From NCBI RefSeq assembly GCF_006345805.1, contig NW_021825128.1, positions 1 to 16,651 of the forward strand: a stretch of 16,651 nucleotides of DNA, in the 5' to 3' direction. Position numbers and translations under genes: made by a program. Positions within the stretch are counted from its first letter, which is position 1. The number at the start of each line of letters is the position of its first letter. This document shows, piece by piece, positions 1 through 7,238 of this stretch. Source of the DNA: Octopus sinensis (Eukaryota). Below the pieces are notes generated by a model. The model did no database searches. It saw only the letters and a program-made list of their open reading frames with translations, and was not told where the DNA came from.

Positions 1-234
1 CGGTGTCAAGTAATGCTAGGGGGACAACACAGACACACAAACACACATACATATATATATATACATATATACGTCGGGCTTCTTTCAGTTTCCGTCTACC
101 AAATCCACTCACAAGGCATTGGTCGGCCCGGGGCTATAGCAGAAGACACTTGCCCAAGATGCCACGCAGTGGGAGTGAACCCAGAACCATGTGGTTGGTT
201 AGCAAGCTACTTACCACACAGCCACTCCTGCGCC
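1..234 (-). mobile_element. tRNA-derived SINE, family A (head, CORE-like segment, internal TA/TG microsatellite); 3' part runs off the window start
   Basis: Minus strand reads GGCGCAGGAG-TGGCTGTGTGG (A box)...GGTTCACTCCC (B box)-...CTTGGGCAAGTGTCTT. Near-identical to 3123-3356+5595-5626 and to the reverse complement of 14125-14370. Confidence 0.9.
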
Positions 235-265
235 TATATACAACTGTATACAAAATGTATTGTAA

Positions 266-410
266 TTCTTTTCTACTCTAGGTACAAGGTTCGAAATATT
301 TGGGGAGGGCGCCAGTCGATTAGATCGATCTCTGTACGCAACTGGTACTTAATTTATCGACTCCAAAAGGATGAAAGGCAATGTCGACCTCGGCGGAATT
401 TGAACTCAGA
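266..410 (-). mobile_element. SINE family C fragment (B box to tail; central domain resembles the Meta-SINE domain)
   Basis: Reverse complement GAGTTCAAATTCCGCCGAGGTCGACATTGCCTTTCATCCTTTTGGAGTCGATAAATTAAGTACCAG...CCTTGTACCTAGAGTAGAAAAGAA matches 7090-7234. The Meta-domain assignment is from memory of that superfamily. Confidence 0.85.
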
Positions 411-555
411 TCAAAATGTATTTTTAATAATTCGTCGAACGTGTTTTGCGACTCAGATGACACTGTAAAGGCAAGCACACACTGATGATTCGTTTCTCAG
501 TTAAATGGTTCAAGGTTCGATCTCAGCGCCAGAGACTTGAAGAATTATCTACACT

Positions 556-943
556 GGGAAGCACTCCGTCGGTTACGACGACGAGGGTTCCGGTTGATCC
601 GAATCAACGGAACAGCCTGCTCGTGAAATTAACGTGTAAGTGGCTGAGCACTTCACAGACACGTGCACCCTTAACGTAGTTCTCGGGGATATTCAGCGTG
701 ACACAGAGAGTGACAAGGCCGGCCCTTTGAAATACAGGTACAACAGAAACAGGAAGTAAGAGTGAGGAAATTTGTGGTGAAAGAGTACAGCAGGGATCAT
801 CACCATCCCCTGCCGGAGCCCTCGTGGAGCTTTAGGTGTTTTTCGCTCAATAAACACTCACAACGCCCGCGGCCGGGAATCGAAACCGCGATCCTATGAC
901 CGCGAGTCCGCTGCCCTAACCACTGGGCCATTGCGCCTCCTAG
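556..943 (-). mobile_element. Full-length 388-bp tRNA-derived SINE, family B (possibly octopus OR1-type)
   Basis: Reverse complement of 9311-9698 along its whole length. A box TGGCCCAGTGG, B box GGTTTCGATTCC. Perfect 10-bp TSD TATCTACACT at 546-555 and 944-953. Confidence 0.93.
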
Positions 944-1289
944 TATCTACACTAGACCTGTGGTCAAAATGGGTTGATGAATAGACGGGACGGAAGTCTC
1001 TGGAAGGGAATGGCCTTATCTCTGGTCGTAGACTTAATTTGTCTTCGCCTAGTTTACTGTTTGGATTTTGGTGGGCTTTAATGGAGTCAACTCTGTCGCA
1101 AAACAGTGTAGACAGAGTCTCCTTCAGAGGATAACTTCATCCCCCCTTCTTTGCACCCCACAATAAAGGTCATGACCCCTAATCTTACTTCCAAACTAAA
1201 AAAAAAATGAGATCATGTCGCTGAAGTTCTTATCAAATCTAATCTTGCTCCAATCGTTTAATACACTTTCTCCCACCGCATACAGTCAT

Positions 1290-1406
1290 AATTTCTCTCT
1301 CCCCCCATGTCTTTCTCCCCTTCTCTCTTCTCTCCTTTCTTTTTCTCCCCCTCTCTCTCTCCCTTTTCTCTCCCCTCCTTTCTCTCCCCCCTCTCTCTCT
1401 CTTTCT
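1290..1406. repeat. Polypyrimidine (CT/CCT) low-complexity tract
   Basis: Almost exclusively C/T on the + strand. Confidence 0.9.
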
Positions 1407-2049
1407 GTATTTGTTTTACAACTAATACACCACCGTATTCTGATCTTGCAGACAATAAACAACTCTTAAAACCATTCGACCGCTTTTTTTTTTTTTAAGG
1501 TTTTAATCCAACAAATAACCCCCACCTCCTCCATAATCCTCGAATTTACTGATCGTCTCTAATAACGATTTCGCAAACATAATCAAAGCTGCACGACAAA
1601 ACTAGTCTTCAATTTTAAAACCAGAGAACACTTCCTCGCCCAGCCTGCAGTTGACTCATTTCGAAAGCAGAAGTAGTGAGACTCACAATAGTTCACTGTT
1701 CCTTCGTCTTTGACGGAATTGCAGTAACATATACAAACATTACAGACGACACCTCCAAAGAAAACCATCCATTTGAAATGCAAGGATATAGCTCACAAAT
1801 ACAAACATGATAAGGCTCTTCTATACACAGTGACCTCTGGTCTTCAGAACACCCATTTCTCCTCATTCTGGATCAATCACCTTAGCCTCACCGCTAATCG
1901 CTACGGCCAGTATATTTCCTCCTCAGTCCTCCGAAATTCCGTTTCCCCCCCATTTTGCACCTAAAAGTTGATGTCCTGTTGTTCAAAAACACGACTTTCA
2001 CCGGTTTGGGTGGATCTTCGAAGTTTATGGCCGTAAACCCATCCTCTAT

Positions 2050-2190
2050 ATCGAATAAGACACATTGGGGGATTAAGTCCAAAACACATTGTCAGAAAAT
2101 AAAGGATACGGGACTGCTACGGATGGAATGCTTTTGATCATTATTTTGCTAGAATGACACGAACCTAGGGCTAAGCATCAACAACAAAGA
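2050..2190 (+). mobile_element. Degenerate 3' part of an interspersed repeat with a CAA-type tail (family D), copy 1
   Basis: Shares colinear blocks with 2300-2445: GACACATTGG/GATACATTGG, GGAATGCTTTTGATC/GGAATGCATTTGATC, CCTAGGGCTAAGCATCA/CCTGTGGCTAAAAACATCA. Ends in CAACAACAA. Confidence 0.5.
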
Positions 2191-2299
2191 ATAACTTATT
2201 AAAAATCAGTAGAGATTAAACACGGGTACCGCTAACCCACCCACTTATACAAGATGAAAACAAACGAACTAACAGGGATGATTAAAAGTAGTTCCAGCT

Positions 2300-2445
2300 G
2301 CAAGAAACAACAGCCAAATCTCCGTTATTTGTACTGGATACATTGGATAATGTCGTCTGGGAAACACTATGTCTGAAGAAAACTTCGCGGAATGCATTTG
2401 ATCCTAGGTTGATCGGGATTGGCCTGTGGCTAAAAACATCAGATA
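2300..2445 (+). mobile_element. Degenerate family D repeat, copy 2
   Basis: Colinear with 2050-2190. Its 5' block AGAAACAACAGCCAAATCTCC recurs at 15469-15489 as AGAAACAGCAGCCAAATCTCC. Confidence 0.5.
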
Positions 2446-2550
2446 AAAACAAATGACTGGTAAAAGATCTGTTGAATGCTTTCACTTGTGATTGGAGTTT
2501 AACGTTTAATGGTTCGGATGACACTCATTGATTTTATGATATTTATACGC

Positions 2551-2597
2551 TTTTTATTTTATTTTATTTTATTTTATTTCATTTTATTTTATTTATT
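2551..2597. repeat. (TTTTA)n microsatellite
   Basis: Direct tandem pentamers. Confidence 0.9.
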
Positions 2598-2954
2598 ATA
2601 TCATTGTAAGCCGTGTTTTCACAACGAATTAATCACTGAACAGGAAAGAACAAATCGATTTATCATCTTCAAACCTTCGCTACTTCGGGGATTTTGAGAT
2701 GAAAGACTTTTAGATTTTCCATTCTCTTCGATGCCATCAATATTTCAGCACTATTAAATTCTTCAATTCTGAACCAATCAACAGATTGTGTTTAACTCTC
2801 TACCAATAATCCATCCTTGAGACTCGAACCAAAAGACAAGTACGTTGTCAAGTACGTTGTCAAGCGAAAAAAAGTGGATACTGCATTTAGCCTGTTTCTT
2901 TCATATTTTGAGTTCAAATCGTATCAGAATCAAACTTTGGCATCCATCTTCACT

Positions 2955-3146
2955 CTCTTTTACTCTTTTACTTGTTTCAGTCATTTGACTGCGGCCATGC
3001 TGGAGCACCGCCTTTAGTCGAGCAAATCGACCCCGGGACTTATTCTTTGTAAGCCCAGTACTTATTCCATCGGTCTCTTTTGCTGAACCGCTAAGTAATG
3101 GGGACGTAAACACACCAGCATCGGTTGTCAAGCAATGCTAGGGGGA

Positions 3147-3183
<37 letters not shown>

Positions 3184-3356
3184 CACACACACATATATAT
3201 ACATATACATATATACGACATACTTCTTTCAGTTTCCGTCTACCAAATCCACTCACAAGGCATTGGTCGGCCCGGGGCTATAGCAGAAGACGCTTGCCCA
3301 AGATGCCACGCAGTGGGACTGAACCCGGGACCATGTGGCTGGTTAGCAAGCTACTT
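2955..3356 (-). mobile_element. SINE family A, body and tail; head interrupted by the 3357-5594 insertion
   Basis: Matches the reverse complement of 14147-14525. Tail is (GTAAAAGA)2. The sequence breaks after GTTAGCAAGCTACTT and resumes at 5595. Confidence 0.92.
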
Positions 3357-3527
3357 TATTTCAAAACATTTGCCATAAAGGCAGTACACAGATTAAGTTA
3401 GCTTTGCGGGCTGGACGAGGACATTAATGAGGTGAATGATAATGAAAGAAAGATGATAAGGATGGAGAAGACAAAAGCGCCCGCCGACTTTCGCTTCTCT
3501 AAACATTTGTTCTTTTTAAAGATAAAC

Positions 3528-3654
3528 ACAAAACGAGGTATTAAACCTCTTACCATTTTTCCAATTTTTGGACTTAGCAGTCCATTATTAATACAAAACG
3601 AGGTATTAATCCTCTTACAATTTTTCAATTTTTGGACTTAAGTCCATTACTAAT
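3528..3654. repeat. Two tandem ~65-bp units in the element's 3'UTR, each with two short hairpins
   Basis: ACAAAACGAGGTATTAA(A/T)CCTCTTAC...TTTTTGGACTTA(GC)AGTCCATTA starts at 3528 and at 3593. Confidence 0.9.
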
Positions 3655-4893
3655 AATACATATCGTCCTCGAAATAGCTTGTGCCCGCGCCCTCCACCAT
3701 CAACCACGCCTCCCTCAGAACGTAATCAAGTTCCGAGTTCGCGTCGCCCGGGACCAAGTTATAATCTTCATTGAGCTCCCCTAGCCCAAGCGTCACGTCG
3801 AACGCCACGGCCTCCACAGCTACCTGCGGAGGCCATTCGGGGTCCTGTGTGAAGGCCAAAGGTGCTCTCCTGTAGTGCTCCTCCATCACCCCTTCAACTT
3901 CTCCTCCTCTATAGAAGAGGACCAATACGTTCAGTTCTTTCGTTGGCGGCACAGTTCCCGCCAACGGTATTCCTTCTCTTGTCGGTGGCACAACCCCAAC
4001 CGACGTAGTTCCGGGACATTCCGGTGCTTCACTGACAGCCGGTAATGTCCCGTTTTTCTTCCTCTTTTTCTTTTTTTTTCCCTTTTCAACTGAGGGAGGG
4101 TGCGTCTCCTCCGTGGCTGGAAGATTCGCCTCCTCTCCTCATCCCTATTATCCTTTGGTGAGCACCCTTGTTGCTCACCTTCCTCTTTCGGCCTCTGTTT
4201 GAGGAGTCCTCTGCTTTCTCGGCCGTTATCGTTCCCTCTTCTAGAGGGGTTTTACTTAACTGTTCCGGGATCCTATTTTGTTCCCGAGGACAGTTCTTTT
4301 ATGTGGCCGGACTCCAAGCACCGATGACACTTAGGGGGGTACCCTCAAGCATCCCCGGGTACCTGCACCCGGCCTTTTCCAAAAAATCTCTGGAAGAACC
4401 AGATTGGCTGATTGGGTCCACAGGGTCAAAATTGCTTTTGACCCAACCCAAGCAGCCGCAGGAAGAACTTTTACATTGAGGAGCTTAGTTTCGCTGTCAC
4501 CCACCCACCCCGGCGGATAGTCTCCTCTATCCACTCGGGTTCTATGTCGGGTGGCAATCCGCAAATCCAAGCTTTCATCAATTTCTTTTTTTTGTACGTG
4601 GGCAGGAATAAGATTCCTTACCCTCCAGGGGTTTGCTAGCAAATTTGCAAGCCTCTTCAGGGGTGTCAAATAGCAACCACACCGTTGCATATTTGACACC
4701 CCTGGAAATGAATTAATTGTTGGCAAATACTCTTCCAACTCCTCCTCAATTGCCGTCTTTTCGAATAGGCGATGGTCTGTGTCGAGTGCCTTGGAGTAGG
4801 TTCTCAACACCACCGTCCTATCTTCACGGTCTTTTAACCACTTTTTAGGTGGTATGATTTCCCACTCCAAAATTTTGTAATTTTCATTGCCAT
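3650..4893 (-). pseudogene. Frameshifted LINE ORF1p/gag-like protein (~400 aa): RRM-like region, CCHC zinc knuckle, basic NLS-like patch, acidic C-terminal domain
   Basis: Manual re-framing from ATG 4893 (context AAAACATGG) gives MAxNENYKILEWEIIPPKKWLKDREDRTVVLRTYS...EEYLPTI/FISRGVKYATVWLLFDTPEEACKFASKPLEGKE/LFLPTYKKKKLMKAWICGLPPDIEPEWIEETI.../PPKCHRCLESGHIKxNCP (CX2CX4HX4C, 4329-4290). A further open frame at 4138-3650 contains KGKKKKKRKK and ends EDDMYY*. Needs several 1-2 nt indels. Confidence 0.72.
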
Positions 4894-5483
4894 GTTTTTT
4901 TTAAAATATATTAAATTAAACTCAAAAAGCAGGAAGAAAAAAGTTCAAAAGTCCAAATAAAAATTTGATAGATTTTTGAAAAACAAAAAGGAAAGGAGAA
5001 AGCACAACAGAAGGAAGAAATCAACGGAAAGTCGCAATAAAGAAAAAAAACAAAAGGGGGAGGGAGGTAAATGAAGTTCAAAAGAAAGTAATAAAACAGA
5101 AAAAAACACAGCAAAAATATTTTGGCCTTGCGGTACTCCCGGCCTGGGTTGAACCTGGAACGCCGCAACTGCAACACAACCTCCACAAAAATGGGTCCGA
5201 AAGGTAATCCAATAGTGGCTTATTTTTAAATTTTCTTGCGAAGTACTCTGACAAGGGAATAATTCAACAACCCAAACACAGCACTGGCTACCGCCAACGG
5301 TAATTTTAACAGTAACTGTATTGAATTCGAGGATACGCCCCTCCACTATTTTTTCTTTTTTTTCAATGAACACAAAAACGGCAGCCGCCGAGAGCAGGCG
5401 AAATTGTCTCAGAGTTGGACACAACTTACTGAAATAATAATTGGCACGCAATAAATTATGCCCAACTCACAATAAACAAAATC

Positions 5484-5594
5484 ACTTACCTCGACAACTT
5501 TCCGTTTTTGGTCTTTTTTCTTTAATTGGACGGAGCTGGTTGATTCGCGTCCACTCTGGCTGAACAGGAAGCAACTGACTAACTGCGCATGTGC
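5484..5594 (-). promoter_or_regulatory. Putative internal Pol II promoter/first exon of the element and a consensus 5' splice donor
   Basis: The element starts GCACATGCGCAG (NRF1-like), TTAGTCAGTT (Inr-like), GCTTCCTG (ETS-like). GAG|GTAAGT with the intron G at 5489. Confidence 0.4.
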
Positions 5595-5626
5595 GTTAGC
5601 AAGCTACTTACCACACAGCCACTCCT
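5595..5626 (-). mobile_element. SINE family A 5' head (A box) separated from its body
   Basis: GTTAGCAAGCTACTTACCACACAGCCACTCCT is identical to 198-229. Confidence 0.9.
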
Positions 5627-5813
5627 TATTAGAACGAACCGTAAAATTAGAGTTGGTTGGCCTATTGAGCTACCACATAGCGTAGACAAAACCCACACTT
5701 TGAAATATAACACTTCAAAAAGTCTATGCGAAGTTTATATTCTGGCCGTTTTATGTAAGGTTTAAATTTGATCCCATTTCCTTCTAGCTCCCTTTGTAGT
5801 TCAGAGATAGATA

Positions 5814-5897
5814 ATTTTATTTATTTTTATTTTATCTAGTTTCAGCTCACGAGCTGTGGCCATGCTGGGGCACCGCCATTTGCTGGGGCACTGCCAT
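5814..5897 (-). mobile_element. Isolated retroposon 3' tail related to the SINE A tail (probable LINE 3' end)
   Basis: Minus GGCGGTGCCCCAGCATGGCCACAGCTCGTGAGCTGAAACTAGATAAAATAAAAATAAA versus SINE A GGCGGTGCTCCAGCATGGCCGCAGTCAAATGACTGAAACAAGTAAAA. TGCTGGGGCAC(C/T)GCCAT is duplicated. Confidence 0.65.
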
Positions 5898-5922
5898 ACA
5901 TAAATGTATTTAGATATTGTAA

Positions 5923-6124
5923 TTACTGTTTCAAATTTTGGCACAAGGCTAGCGATTTCGAGGCAGCGACTAAGTCGATTACATCGACCACCAGTTTCAA
6001 CTTGCACTTATTTTATCGAAAGGCAAAGTCGACCTCGGCAGAATTTGAACTCAGAATGTAAAAACGGACAAAATGCCACTCAGAATTTTGCCCGGCGTGC
6101 TAACGATTCTGCCAGCTCACCACT
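5923..6124 (-). mobile_element. SINE family C, near full length with an internal deletion and a different tail
   Basis: Minus head GGTGAGCTGGCAGAATCGTTAGCACGCCGGGC...GAGTTCAAATTC, homologous to 6844-7000. Tail CCTTGTGCCAAAATTTGAAAC. Confidence 0.85.
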
Positions 6125-6134
6125 TTTATACATA

Positions 6135-6376
6135 TTGTAATAATAAAGTCAGACCAAATAGAGATATTTTGAAATTATTCAATACGTACGTCTAATACAT
6201 AATATGTGTAATACATAATAGGAGATGTATTCATTACGTAAGATATTTCAATGCTTTAACTGAGAAAGATCTTACGTAATGGATGCATTTCCAATTATAT
6301 AATGCGCAGGCTTGAAACGTACGTATTAAATGATTTCAAAATACCACTGTTTGGTTTGACTTAAATATTATTACAA
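6135..6376. repeat. 242-bp imperfect fold-back palindrome (MITE-like or inverted Penelope-type repeat)
   Basis: Arms pair throughout: TTGTAATAATA/TATTATTACAA, AAGTCAGACCAAATAG/CTGTTTGGTTTGACTT, TATTTTGAAAT/ATTTCAAAATA, AATACGTACGT/ACGTACGTATT, CATTACGTAAGAT/ATCTTACGTAATG. Confidence 0.88.
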
Positions 6377-6518
6377 CTAAAATGACTCGATGCCTGTACA
6401 AACAAGCTGGTCTTGACTCTACTCAAGCGGTACTCTAACCACGATTTGGAGTAGTTTCTTATATTTGACTCGAGTCGAAAATTCTAGTTCCCTGCACAAA
6501 ATATGTCCTGATCTGTTA

Positions 6519-6725
6519 TCCTTTACTTGTTTCAGTCATTAGACTGCGGCCATGCTGGGGCACCGCCGGGAAGAATTTTCAGTCGAATGAACTGAGACCC
6601 GTACTTCTTTTTAAAGCTTGGTACTTATTCTATCAGTCTCTTTTGTCGAACCGCTAGCTTACGGGGACGTAGATACACCAATACCGGTTGACAAGTGGTG
6701 AGCGGGACAAACACTGACACACACA

Positions 6726-6802
<77 letters not shown>

Positions 6803-6831
6803 CATATATACGACGGGCTTCTCTCAGTTTC
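6519..6831 (-). mobile_element. SINE family A, headless (tail, microsatellite, short central part)
   Basis: Homologous to 2966-3236. Homology stops abruptly at CTCAGTTTC (6831). Confidence 0.88.
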
Positions 6832-6843
6832 AATCTCCAAATA

Positions 6844-7238
6844 AGGCGAGCTGCCAGAAACGTTAGCACGCCGGGAGAAATGCTTAGCGGTATTTCGTCT
6901 GTCGCTACGTTCTGAGTTCAAATTCCGCCGAGGTTGACTTTGCCTTTCATCCTGTCGATTAAATAAGTACCAGTTGCGCACTGGGATCGATATAATCGAC
7001 TTAATCCGTTTGTCTGTCCTTGTTTGTCCTCTCTGTGTTTAGCCCCTTGTGGGTAGTAAAGAAATAGGTATTTCGTCTGCCGCTATGTTCTGAATTCAGA
7101 TTCCGCTGAGATCAACTTTGCCTTTCATCCTTTCGGGGTCGATAAATTAAGTACCAGTTACGCACTGGGGTCAATGTAATCGATTGGGCTCCCTCCCCCA
7201 AAATTCCGGGCCTTGTACCTAGAGTAGAAAAGAAAAGA
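6844..7238 (+). mobile_element. Composite/dimeric SINE family C: head + unit 1 with a stem-loop tail + headless unit 2 with a different tail
   Basis: GGTATTTCGTCTG...GA(G/A)TTCA(A/G)ATTCCGC...AAGTACCAGTT...AATCGA is repeated at 6889 and 7067 (period 178). The two tails are unrelated. Confidence 0.88.

Larger units (their letters stand above)
3357..5594 (-). mobile_element. 2,238-bp non-autonomous ORF1-only non-LTR retroelement (HAL1/'half-LINE'-like, probably L1/Tx1 lineage)
   Basis: Perfect 15-bp TSD GTTAGCAAGCTACTT at 3342-3356 and 5595-5609; removing the insert restores the SINE seen intact at 198-229. The minus-strand 3' end is ...GAAATAAA. No TIRs or LTRs seen. Only a gag/ORF1-like frame is present, and I found no RT or EN motifs. 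Confidence 0.8.

Noticed and set aside
3-468. ORFs of 92 and 151 aa
   Set aside because: Antisense read-through of two SINEs and a microsatellite. The same peptide recurs at 3135-3401 and 14119-14355.
1560-2050. Short ORFs in unassigned sequence
   Set aside because: No recognisable motif or convincing splice-bounded open frame.
2600-2815. Minus-strand peptide EEFNSAEILMASKRMENLK..IPEV, faintly like the region upstream of an RTE-type RT
   Set aside because: Too short and degenerate to call without a profile search.
3528-3654. Palindromic direct repeats suggestive of CRISPR
   Set aside because: Only two units, no unique spacers, eukaryotic context, no cas genes.
4100-4479. + strand ORFs over the insert
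   Set aside because: Antisense shadows of the purine-rich ORF1 frame.
4911-5451. Minus ORFs of 91 and 168 aa (F/L-rich, TM-like)
   Set aside because: Products of U-rich 5'UTR composition, with non-ATG starts and no motifs.
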